Shown here in pieces: positions 26,148-34,155 of a stretch of DNA of 34,396 nucleotides; within the stretch, counting starts at the first letter, position 1, and each line of letters starts with the position of its first letter. The notes below the pieces were generated by a model. It ran no database searches. It was given only the letters and a program-made list of their open reading frames with translations, and was not told where the DNA came from. This DNA comes from a virus. Lineage: Duplodnaviria; Caudoviricetes. A program made the position numbers and the translations under genes. The stretch spans positions 1 through 34,396 of IMG/VR virus record IMGVR_UViG_3300011334_000479; one strand, 5' to 3'.

Positions 26148-26783
26148 CTAGCTGTAGCGTTTCTCCGTTATTTTGAAGGCTTTTGCCCACTTCTTGCGGG
26201 GAAGGTCGAAATCTCGCAACGGCTCAAATTGTCGAACCCGCCAGCGGTCCGGGTGCGCCCGGAGAAGGCGCTTAACCAGCGCCAGCATAGTTCCGTTACC
26301 GTCATCTGCCACGAAAACGCAGTCATCTCCGGCCCTCGGCGGCTGTGCAGGGTCTACGACCACCTGATTACCGTGGTCGATGGCGGGACTCATTGAGCCG
26401 CCGATCACAAAGAAGGCAAACGCGCCTCGGGTTTGCCCGCGTCTGTGAATATGGTCTATCGGCTCAGAGGTCAGGATCATAGCCCCGTCGTCCCCGGCTT
26501 CTGCCGAAGCCCAGACCGGCAGGTCAGGCCTTCCGTCCGGGAATAGAACGTCCGTTGTCTGAGCTGCGGGGGTGCCTGGAGGGGCATCCGTGGCTGACAT
26601 GAGCCAACCTACCGTCGTGTCAAGAAAGGCCGCTAGATCGGCCAAGCGGACGTTTTTTGGGCCACTGTCTTTTGCGAACCATTGAGAGACAGCGGATTCC
26701 GTTATGTTCAAATGCTTGGCAATGTCCACGGGCAGCTTCCCCGCAGCCTCCATTGCTCTTTTGATTCTAATGCCTATTGCCAT
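26148..26783 (-). CDS. cI: CI-like repressor (HTH plus S24 autopeptidase)
   Basis: HTH IAKHLNITESAVSQW, Ala-Gly site AEAG, catalytic GGSM and LVKR. Confidence 0.92.
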   Translation of the reverse strand: MAIGIRIKRAMEAAGKLPVDIAKHLNITESAVSQWFAKDSGPKNVRLADLAAFLDTTVGWLMSATDAPPGTPAAQTTDVLFPDGRPDLPVWASAEAGDDGAMILTSEPIDHIHRRGQTRGAFAFFVIGGSMSPAIDHGNQVVVDPAQPPRAGDDCVFVADDGNGTMLALVKRLLRAHPDRWRVRQFEPLRDFDLPRKKWAKAFKITEKRYS

Positions 26784-26784
26784 T

Positions 26785-26859
26785 CTTTAGTTGTCCTAAA
26801 CTGTCCACTGTAGCGCCACTAAAGAATTTCTTGCCCTAGTCGTTAGTTTCACTTAAGTA
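26785..26859. promoter_or_regulatory. OR region: three 17-bp operators and a PR-like promoter
   Basis: CTTTAG-N5-CTAAAC (26785-26801), CTGTAG-N5-CTAAAG (26808-26824), CGTTAG-N5-CTTAAG (26841-26857); TTGCCC-N17-TAAGTA on + strand. Confidence 0.75.
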
Positions 26860-26865
26860 CATGGC

Positions 26866-27069
26866 ATGAATGATCGTGGACTTCAAAAGGCGCGCGAAGC
26901 GGCAGGTGGCAAAAACGTCGATCTTGCCAAGCTTCTCAATCTTACCGAATCAGCAATAAGCCAGTGGGAGCGGGTGCCGATCAATCGCGCTATTGAAATT
27001 GAGAAAAAGACCGCAGGGAAAGTGACGCGACACGATTTGCGCCCTGATATTTTCGGACCACCAGCATGA
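26866..27069 (+). CDS. cro: Cro-like (YdaS family) regulator
   Basis: LAKLLNLTESAISQW, VTRHDLRPDIFG; divergent from cI. Confidence 0.9.
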   Translation: MNDRGLQKAREAAGGKNVDLAKLLNLTESAISQWERVPINRAIEIEKKTAGKVTRHDLRPDIFGPPA

Positions 27070-27182
27070 ATCGCGAGATCACAGAAACGTCGGGACTAGA
27101 CACCTCGACGGCCGGAGGCGCGGGCACGGCGGATTACGAGGCCGCTTCAGCCCGCGCCACCGGCAATCACGTGACGCCATGA
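27066..27182 (+). CDS. Possible 38-aa peptide
   Basis: ATGA-coupled to cro and to the next ORF; below the ORF track cut-off. Confidence 0.4.
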   Translation: MNREITETSGLDTSTAGGAGTADYEAASARATGNHVTP

Positions 27183-27343
27183 TCGCGCTCTACCGCCCCG
27201 AGCGCAGCGTCCGCGAATGGGTCGCCGTCGAGATCATTGAGCGCCGGGCCAATGGCGACGCGGTCTGCCGCGAGCTGGACAAACTGTGGCCCGGCGTGTG
27301 GATCGCCCGGCGCTGGCAAGTGGCGACGGGAGATGACGCATGA
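27179..27343 (+). CDS. Small hypothetical protein (54 aa, MIALYRPERSVREWVAVE...)
   Basis: ATGA overlaps at both ends; not in the ORF track. Confidence 0.55.
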   Translation: MIALYRPERSVREWVAVEIIERRANGDAVCRELDKLWPGVWIARRWQVATGDDA

Positions 27344-28122
27344 CTATCACGGACGACGAGTATTTCGCGCTTGAGGCATTAAGCGCGTCCGGCGCCAAGC
27401 TGCTGCGGAAGTCACCGCTGCACTATAGAGCCGATCAATTCAAAGCCCGGCAGCCGACACCGGCTATGATTTTTGGCACGGTTGTTCATCGGCTCGTCCT
27501 GGAGCCCGAGCGGCCGGCCTTTGTCGTCAAGTATCTCAACTGGGCATCGAAGGAAGGCAAGGCCGAGCGCGAGCGCCTCGAGGCAACCGGACTGCCGATC
27601 CTCTCGGAGGCGGACGGCGACCGCGCAACCGCGATCCGCGACGCGCTTTGGTCCAATGCAGTGATCGCAGAGATGCTGGAAGCCGCTGCAAAAGAGCAGG
27701 TCATGCTGTGGGACCAGCACGGCGTGAAGTGCAAAGCCAAGGCCGATGCGATCGGAGACGGCATCGTCATCGACCTCAAGACCACGATCGACGCCGGGCC
27801 GCATGAGTTTCAGCGCAGCATTGCGACGTTCGGTTATTTCCGACAAGCCGCGCACTATTTGGACGGATACGAAGCGACCAGAGGCGAGCGCGCGAAAGAC
27901 TTCATCTTCGTCGCGGTTGAAAGCCAGCCACCGCACGCTTTCGCGCTCTATCGCCTCGACGCCGCAAGCATCGCCGCCGGGCGCCTGGAAATGAAGCGCG
28001 CGGCTGCCGTGTATCGCGAGTGCATGCAATCAGGCAACTGGCCCGGATACGACGCGGGCATTGCAACCCTGGCGCTGCCCAGATGGGCCATGCCGGCGGA
28101 CGAGTGGAGCGACGCGTTGTAG
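27340..28122 (+). CDS. Exonuclease VIII/RecE-like PD-(D/E)XK nuclease (DUF3799-like)
   Basis: LSASGAK, FGTVVH..VLEP, CKAKAD...IDLKTT, YFRQAAHY, FIFVAVE, WPGY. Confidence 0.9.
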   Translation: MTITDDEYFALEALSASGAKLLRKSPLHYRADQFKARQPTPAMIFGTVVHRLVLEPERPAFVVKYLNWASKEGKAERERLEATGLPILSEADGDRATAIRDALWSNAVIAEMLEAAAKEQVMLWDQHGVKCKAKADAIGDGIVIDLKTTIDAGPHEFQRSIATFGYFRQAAHYLDGYEATRGERAKDFIFVAVESQPPHAFALYRLDAASIAAGRLEMKRAAAVYRECMQSGNWPGYDAGIATLALPRWAMPADEWSDAL

Positions 28123-28177
28123 CGGTTGCCACGCGCTCCAATAATCAAGAACCGCGAAACGTAAAAAGGAACCGACC

Positions 28178-28741
28178 ATGATTATCAACGATGTCAGAAT
28201 TGACTGGGTGCATTTGGAAGAGCCGCGGGCGGCGGCCGAAGGCGCGGAGTTGAAATACAGCGTCACGATGATTCTGAAAAAGAGCCACCGCCAACTGCCC
28301 GAAATCAAGGCCGCGATGCAGGCGGCGATTGCCGCCAAGTGGAACGGCAAGCCGCCGAAGGGCTTGCGCTCGCCGCTGCGCGACGGCGATGCCGTTGACG
28401 ATACTGGCGAGCGGGTCAAGAGCGCGGAATACACCGACTGCTATTTCATCTCTGCGGCGAACAAGAAGCCCGTCGAAGTCCTCGCGGGCAAGGATCGCAG
28501 CCGCGCCACCAGCGAGCATATGCGGAGCGGAAACTTCGCCAGCGTGAAGGTGGGTTTCTATGGGTACGACACCGCTGGCAACCGCGGAGTCGGCTGCGGC
28601 CTCAATGGCGTCTGGATCACCAGGCGCGGCGAGCCGTTGGGCGCCGCAAGCGAACCGTGGGCTGAAACAGAGGCCGAGGACTTCAGCGCGGTTGTGGCAA
28701 AAGCCCAGGCCGCCGGGCAGCAGGCTGACGACGTGTTCTAG
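28178..28741 (+). CDS. T7 gp2.5-like ssDNA-binding protein (DUF2815)
   Basis: KYSVTMIL, PLRDGD, GNRGVGCGLN..GEPLG, acidic tail DDVF. Confidence 0.88.
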   Translation: MIINDVRIDWVHLEEPRAAAEGAELKYSVTMILKKSHRQLPEIKAAMQAAIAAKWNGKPPKGLRSPLRDGDAVDDTGERVKSAEYTDCYFISAANKKPVEVLAGKDRSRATSEHMRSGNFASVKVGFYGYDTAGNRGVGCGLNGVWITRRGEPLGAASEPWAETEAEDFSAVVAKAQAAGQQADDVF

Positions 28742-28756
28742 GCGCGCTGAGAATAT

Positions 28757-28790
28757 CCCGGCGGCCGGGAAACGGTCGCCGGGGTTCTTT
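28757..28790 (+). terminator. Putative intrinsic terminator
   Basis: CCCGGCGGCCG-GGAAA-CGGTCGCCGGG then GTTCTTT. Confidence 0.6.
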
Positions 28791-28809
28791 GCACCAATCC
28801 CAGATTGAT

Positions 28810-29406
28810 ATGCCGCTGCGGAAAAACTCAGGCGTTCTTACCAAGAAAGCTAGCATGGAAATGCTTCGCTGCCGTATCGATGCGAACGTGATCGGCACTC
28901 CATGGGTGGCTGACGATGTGGATTTCTTCAATCTAATTTGCGGCACCAGTTTTCATGGCGTCAAGCGGATGCACAATCCGAGCTATCCGAGCGACCCGAG
29001 GCATATTCACACCTGCGATTTCGGCGGCGAATGGCGCGAATTTAGCTGGAACAAAGCCATCAACGGCGAAGGCAAGCGGCCGTTGCATAAGGTGTTGCGG
29101 GATGCGGTGGCGGACGATCTTAGAACCTATCGCAGCGACAACGCGGCGGCCGGGTGTCAGCAATGCGCCGGCGCGGACGACCTCACGACGGATCACGTAG
29201 ACCCGACGTTTTTCGACATTGCGGAAGAATTCACAGCATTGGAGCGCGACCTCCCGTTGTCCCGCGGCGCATCGGGCGCGGGCGCAATCCTGGCCGACCC
29301 CGATCAGGAGGCACGATGGATAGCGTTTCACGCCAGCCGCGCGATTTATCAAGTGCTGTGCCGCTCATGCAATTCGGCAAAGGGCCGCAAGGTGGCCGCG
29401 CAATGA
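28810..29406 (+). CDS. DCL/DUF3223-like protein with C-terminal HNH zinc-finger
   Basis: FSWNKAI, LRDAV, CQQC..TTDHVDPTF, WIAFH...LCRSCN; start uncertain. Confidence 0.65.
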   Translation: MPLRKNSGVLTKKASMEMLRCRIDANVIGTPWVADDVDFFNLICGTSFHGVKRMHNPSYPSDPRHIHTCDFGGEWREFSWNKAINGEGKRPLHKVLRDAVADDLRTYRSDNAAAGCQQCAGADDLTTDHVDPTFFDIAEEFTALERDLPLSRGASGAGAILADPDQEARWIAFHASRAIYQVLCRSCNSAKGRKVAAQ

Positions 29407-31799
29407 GCCACACGGTCACAATCATCGACAGCATCAAGCCGGCCGTGATCCGCAAGAAGTACACGATGACCGATGACGTGATGAAAAAGACCGTGATCGC
29501 CAGCATCACGGAAGGCGTCGGCGTGTCGCGCGAGATTACGACGGCGCGTGAATTTGCCGACTTGCTCGCTGAGGTCACGGAATCGGAAAGCCTTGTGATC
29601 TGTGCCGGCGAATGGATGGGGGCGGACGATAAGCCGTTCCGCATCATTCCCGAAGAAGAGCTGGCCCGCATTCTCAACAGCCGCGTCGGAGAAGTTGCCG
29701 GCGGCGTTATCCATAAAGACGGCAAGCGCATTTCCGCACGCCTCAAGCGCGGCATTACGCCGTCAGTGTGGGCGCTGTTAGATGCCGACAACCCGCCAGG
29801 AATGCCGGCGGCTTGGGCGGCAATGGATATCGGCGCCCGGCTCACGCTATGGGAAACGATACTGCCCGGTATCTCAAGCTGCGAGCGCATCGAGTTGCGC
29901 GGATCGTCGGCGCGCGTGCGCCGCGAAGGTGAGCCCAGGCAACAGGCCACGCACGCATGGATCAAGGTCAGCGACGCCAGCAAGATCGGCCTAATGAAAG
30001 CCCACGTGGGCGTCGAGATGGTCAACCGCAGGCTTTCGTTTGCGTTTGAGAAGCTGAGCCGAAGCCCGAAGACCAAAGGCATGGTGATCGGGATCGAGCA
30101 TCGCAGCCTCTTTGACCTGGCGGTATTCGATACCGGGCGCCTCGTGTTCTGCGCGCAACCAGATGTCAGCGATGCGCCAGGCTATGTGTGCGACGACGCT
30201 GCCATAACGATTGCCAATGAAGGCGGCGGGATCCTCGATCTGTCGTTCCTGACAATCCCCAAGCCGAGCGCCCTGCGTGAGTACTGCCGCAACACCGGCA
30301 TCAAGCTGGAGATCAAAGCGACACCAAACGGCGGCGGCCTGTCGGTCGTATCGTGTGGCCAACTAAGCGCGACGACTGAAATCACCCGGCGCGGAAGCAC
30401 GCAGCCGCTGGCGGCATGGGTTGCCGGGTTGCAGCCGGGTGACAAGTTGAGGTGCGAGGCGCCGTTTCGCGAGAGCTATTCGGAGGCCGCCTTTATCCGG
30501 CTTTCCGACAGCGGGCAGCCTTTTATCTACGATGTGGGCAACGGGACGACCTACCGGATCGCGGAGGATTGGGGAGACACTGCGGAGGGCGTGGAGGACT
30601 TCGACGGCGCGGCAAGCACTATAGACATCGACGCTGAGATGGCGGGCGGGCCGGATACGGACACCGGGTCCGAATCTGGACCGAAGCCGAAGCCCAAGCC
30701 CAGGCTGGTTAACATTCGCCGCGTTGATGCGTTCACGGGCGAATACGAGCCCGCCGAATACCTGATCGACTACATGCTCCAGAGCGGCTTCCTATATTCG
30801 CTCACGGCGGAAACAGGGGCCGGCAAGACCGCGCTTATGATTTTGGTGTCCGCGCTGGTGGCGACCGGGAAGCCCTTTGGCGAGGTCGAGGTCAAGAAGG
30901 GCAGCGTGATCTACTGCGTAGGGGAGAACGCCGACGAGTTCCGGCAGCGCATGATCTGCCTGCGCGAAAACAGCTACGATGCCGACGAGTACAACGGCAT
31001 CCATGTCCTGACGCCGGAAGCCCATAAAGGGCTTCTCACCGAGCGCGGGGCGGCCGAGGTTGCCGCCTATGCCGGGGCGCTCGGCGGCGTTGACCTGGTG
31101 GTCGTTGACACCGCCGCCGCCTTCTTTGATGGCGAGGACGAGAATAGCAACACCGAGCTAGGCGAGTATGCCCGGCGGTTACGGCGGCGGCTTTGCACGC
31201 TGCCGGGCAAGCCCTGCGTCGTGGTGTGCAGCCATCCGACGAAGAACGCCAAGGCGCATGAGGAGCTTGTGCCACGCGGCGGCGGGGCTTTTGTGGCCGA
31301 AGTGGACGGCAACCTGACGCTTATGAAGTGTGATGTCGGCGCCTCCGAAATGTTCTGGAGCAAGAAGTTCCGGGGCCGCATCGACAACCCGGTGCAGATC
31401 GCCCTTATGCCGGTCGAGGCACAAAGGACGCGGGACGCCAAAGGCCGGCCGCTTAGATCGGTGCTGGCCGGCGTCGTGGAGGCCGAGCCCGTCGATCCCA
31501 AAGCCGAGCAGGGGCTGCGCGACCGCATCATGACACTAATGCTCGACGGCAAGACGCGGACGGTCACAGACGTGGCTATTGGCGTGCATGAGATGCGGGC
31601 CAGGGAGACGGGCGGAAACGGCCACCCAGGTTGGAAGCGCACGAATGCGGAAATGGGCAAGCTCCGCAAATTCAAAAAACCGCTGCTTGAAGAAACAGAC
31701 AAGCGTTGGCGCAGCACCGCCGCCGGGAAAGCGCACGCCACCGGCTTACGTGGTGGTCCTGGTTCCAAGCCCGTGACGGCTGAAGCGGATGTTTTTTGA
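29403..31799 (+). CDS. Primase-helicase: putative AEP-like N-terminus fused to a RepA/AAA_25 helicase
   Basis: Walker A AETGAGKT, Walker B VVVDT, DENSN, SHPTK, RGGGAF; N-terminal LLDAD, THAW, FDLAV..RL. Confidence 0.85.
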   Translation: MSHTVTIIDSIKPAVIRKKYTMTDDVMKKTVIASITEGVGVSREITTAREFADLLAEVTESESLVICAGEWMGADDKPFRIIPEEELARILNSRVGEVAGGVIHKDGKRISARLKRGITPSVWALLDADNPPGMPAAWAAMDIGARLTLWETILPGISSCERIELRGSSARVRREGEPRQQATHAWIKVSDASKIGLMKAHVGVEMVNRRLSFAFEKLSRSPKTKGMVIGIEHRSLFDLAVFDTGRLVFCAQPDVSDAPGYVCDDAAITIANEGGGILDLSFLTIPKPSALREYCRNTGIKLEIKATPNGGGLSVVSCGQLSATTEITRRGSTQPLAAWVAGLQPGDKLRCEAPFRESYSEAAFIRLSDSGQPFIYDVGNGTTYRIAEDWGDTAEGVEDFDGAASTIDIDAEMAGGPDTDTGSESGPKPKPKPRLVNIRRVDAFTGEYEPAEYLIDYMLQSGFLYSLTAETGAGKTALMILVSALVATGKPFGEVEVKKGSVIYCVGENADEFRQRMICLRENSYDADEYNGIHVLTPEAHKGLLTERGAAEVAAYAGALGGVDLVVVDTAAAFFDGEDENSNTELGEYARRLRRRLCTLPGKPCVVVCSHPTKNAKAHEELVPRGGGAFVAEVDGNLTLMKCDVGASEMFWSKKFRGRIDNPVQIALMPVEAQRTRDAKGRPLRSVLAGVVEAEPVDPKAEQGLRDRIMTLMLDGKTRTVTDVAIGVHEMRARETGGNGHPGWKRTNAEMGKLRKFKKPLLEETDKRWRSTAAGKAHATGLRGGPGSKPVTAEADVF

Positions 31800-31855
31800 T
31801 GCAACTGAAGCGCGCATTTAGGGGAGAGAGGAACATGGAATTTCAACCGCAAGTG

Positions 31856-32070
31856 TGGTCCGTAAAGTGGTCCGTAGAGGGGGTGTCACGGACCAGCTTT
31901 TCGGTGGTCCGCGATTGGTCCGTAAATGGTCCGCGATTGGTCCGTAAACCGCGTAAGCCATTGAAAAACAAAAACTTATTTTTACGGACCAATCGCGGAC
32001 CATGTTTTAACGGCCCCATTCACGGACCAACGGACCACATTTCCCCATCCTTAGATGGGGAAGTGGTCCG
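31856..32070. repeat. Putative replication origin: 12 TGGTCCG/CGGACCA iterons around an AT-rich core
   Basis: Seven forward and five inverted copies; 23-bp perfect inverted repeat 31926-31948/31981-32003; IHF-like site 31954-31966. Confidence 0.8.
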
Positions 32071-32130
32071 CAGTGAGGGGGATATGAGCAGAAGCAAAAC
32101 AAAACTAATTCACCACCCCGCAGGCCCGGC

Positions 32131-32715
32131 ATGACCCGGCCTCCCGTTCGCGGCCGCACCAAGCCGTCCACCGCCTCCAGCATGTCCGAGGCCGAGAGCC
32201 GGGCATGGGCCGCCGCCACCGCAGCCCTCGATCGCGTGGCGGTCGATCTCGAGCGAACCTGGGGCGTCAACCGCCTGCCCGAGCTTGTCGCCCCGGACCT
32301 CGCGGCCAAGTTCGCGACCGCCCAGGAGCAGTGCGACATGGAGATCGCCGCAGGCGACATCGAGGCCGCCGCCCAGAAGGCCGCCGCCTTGGCGCGCGGC
32401 TGGAAAGCCCTCGACGCCGCCGCCCGCGCGGCAGGCCATACGCCGGGCGATCTGGGAGCCGTCTGGACCGCATCCGTCGAGGGGCAGGCATTCGCGGTCT
32501 GCCTGCACACCGCCGATGTTGGCGCCACGGCCGACCGATATCCCGGCCACACCTCCGTAGCGCTCCAGGAGCTGCTGCGGGTGCTGATGGCCCGAGAGGC
32601 TGCGATCTACCGCAAAGTCAAAACGATCTGGCCTGCTGCCGCGATTACCGCCGCACGGCCGGCATCAACAAAACCGCCCGCCGACTGGAAAGCCGGCGAC
32701 GACCTGCCGTTCTGA
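32131..32715 (+). CDS. Hypothetical helical protein ending GDDLPF
   Basis: Phage-like codon usage; WGVNRLPELV motif; SSB-like tail. Confidence 0.7.
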   Translation: MTRPPVRGRTKPSTASSMSEAESRAWAAATAALDRVAVDLERTWGVNRLPELVAPDLAAKFATAQEQCDMEIAAGDIEAAAQKAAALARGWKALDAAARAAGHTPGDLGAVWTASVEGQAFAVCLHTADVGATADRYPGHTSVALQELLRVLMAREAAIYRKVKTIWPAAAITAARPASTKPPADWKAGDDLPF

Positions 32716-32727
32716 GGAGAGGCCAAG

Positions 32728-33060
32728 ATGGGCAAAGCCAGCCGAGACAAGGGCAAACGCGGCGAGCTCGAGGTGGCGCAGCTCCTGCGCGACCACGGCA
32801 TTCCTGCCCGCCGCGGTGTGCAGTATGCGGGCGGCAACGACAGCCCGGATGTGGTCGGCCTCGACGGCGTCCACATCGAGGTCAAGCGCAGCGAGACGCT
32901 CGCGCTCTACCCGGCCATGGAGCAGGCGCTGAGCGACGCGCGGCCGGGCGACATCGCCACTGTGTGGCACCGCCGCAGCGGCCGGCGCTGGGTCGTGGTG
33001 CTGCACGCCGAGGACTTCCTGGCGCTGGTGCGGGCCTCAAGAGCAGGGGACGCAGCATGA
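32728..33060 (+). CDS. Holliday junction resolvase-like PD-(D/E)XK nuclease
   Basis: SRDKGKRGELEVA, SPDV, IEVKR; SD GAGGAG. Confidence 0.8.
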   Translation: MGKASRDKGKRGELEVAQLLRDHGIPARRGVQYAGGNDSPDVVGLDGVHIEVKRSETLALYPAMEQALSDARPGDIATVWHRRSGRRWVVVLHAEDFLALVRASRAGDAA

Positions 33061-33314
33061 GCGCCGCCACCCTCCTCAACCAGGCCGCCCACGTTCAGCG
33101 AGAGCGGCAGGCCACCTACGGCGACGCTGGAAAGGCGATGGCGGCCATCGCGGCACGCTGGTCGCTCACGCTGGGCCACCCCGTCACGGCGGCCGAGGTC
33201 GTGCTGTGCATGATGGACCTCAAGCTGACGCGCCTGGCGCGCGATCCCGGACACCAGGACTCGATCCTCGATCTGGTGGGCTACGCGGCCATCCTGCACG
33301 AGGTCACGAAATGA
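33057..33314 (+). CDS. DUF6378-like protein
   Basis: ERQATYG..IAARWS..VVLCMMDLKLTR..DSILDLVGYA. Confidence 0.8.
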   Translation: MSAATLLNQAAHVQRERQATYGDAGKAMAAIAARWSLTLGHPVTAAEVVLCMMDLKLTRLARDPGHQDSILDLVGYAAILHEVTK

Positions 33315-33324
33315 ACGCCACGCC

Positions 33325-33558
33325 GTGACCGACCGCCCGCACCGCATTCGCGGCAGCCTGGAGCGGCATCTTGGGCGCTCCGCGACCGATGACGAGACGC
33401 TGCAAGAGTTGGCGGCGACCGCATGGCGCCAGCGCCGCGCGGTGGTGTTTTTAGCCGCCCACCTCGATGCCATGCCGGCGATGGTGCGGGCGCTGATCGA
33501 GGGCGAGGCTCGGCGCATCTACGGGTCACGGCAGCCGGCGAAACCAGGCAATGCGTAA
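33325..33558 (+). CDS. Hypothetical protein
   Basis: Fills the operon gap; plausible codon usage. Confidence 0.55.
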   Translation: MTDRPHRIRGSLERHLGRSATDDETLQELAATAWRQRRAVVFLAAHLDAMPAMVRALIEGEARRIYGSRQPAKPGNA

Positions 33559-33572
33559 GTTTTGGAGGCAAA

Positions 33573-34067
33573 ATGGCAAAAGCAAAGCGGCGCCGCATGC
33601 GGAAGCGCAAGCCGGTCAATCGCGGCGACCGGGTCGAGGCTACACCGGAGACGATAGCGAAGCTGCAACAGGACTACCTGCAACACCTGCTTGCACGCGA
33701 CGGCATCGACCATCAGGAGGTCGAGGCGCTGCTGGCGATCGAGCAGGCATGGCACACGATCGAACGCCAGTTCGGCGCTCACCGCGGCTGGAGCATGGAG
33801 CGCGGCGACGGTGGCGGCACGCACGAGATGAGCGATGCCGTTGCCCGCGTCTGGGCCGTCTGGAACTGCTGGGCGACCGAGGTGCAGAGACGCACGACGG
33901 TGCGAGGATCCGTCATCGCCAGCGCGATCGAGCAGCGCATCCCGCTCGACGGCATCAACGTCGAGCTGTACCGCACCGCCGCCCGCATCTGGCATCGCTG
34001 CGTTCGTGACGCGCCGCCCGCCCGCCCGCTCCAGGGCCAGGCGATCGCCAGCAAGCCTGCTTTCTGA
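33573..34067 (+). CDS. Putative late-gene regulator/antiterminator (DUF6456-like)
   Basis: SD GGAGG; last early gene (Q position); LQHLLARDGID..W..WSMERGDGG. Confidence 0.5.
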   Translation: MAKAKRRRMRKRKPVNRGDRVEATPETIAKLQQDYLQHLLARDGIDHQEVEALLAIEQAWHTIERQFGAHRGWSMERGDGGGTHEMSDAVARVWAVWNCWATEVQRRTTVRGSVIASAIEQRIPLDGINVELYRTAARIWHRCVRDAPPARPLQGQAIASKPAF

Positions 34068-34069
34068 TA

Positions 34070-34098
34070 TTGACAACGGGCGATTGATGCTTGACAGT
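34070..34098 (+). promoter_or_regulatory. Putative late promoter
   Basis: TTGACA (34070-34075)-N17-GACAGT; second TTGACA at 34091-34096. Confidence 0.5.
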
Positions 34099-34115
34099 TG
34101 CGTCGCCACATTTGC

Positions 34116-34147
34116 GCCCGCCGGGAAACCGAGCGGGCTTTTATATT
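34116..34147 (+). terminator. Terminator in the late leader
   Basis: GCCCGC-CGG-GAAA-CCG-A-GCGGGC then TTTTATATT. Confidence 0.7.
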
Positions 34148-34155
34148 GGTGCGCC

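Noticed and set aside
26040-26870. Alphaproteobacterial LexA box (GTTC-N7-GTTC) at the switch
   Set aside because: No match seen; CI has its own S24 autocleavage domain.
31856-32070. CRISPR array or mini-array
   Set aside because: Repeats are 7 bp, in both orientations, without unique 30-40 bp spacers; no cas genes.
31856-32070. Methylation control of the origin via GGWCC in each iteron by the phage methyltransferase
   Set aside because: Specificity of the enzyme is unknown and GGWCC occurs elsewhere in the genome; no support from sequence.
31796-32134. 112-aa ORF across the origin
   Set aside because: Translation just mirrors the iterons (repeated WSV); not called, although the SD-like GAGAGG before ATG 31835 and stop/start overlaps leave it possible.
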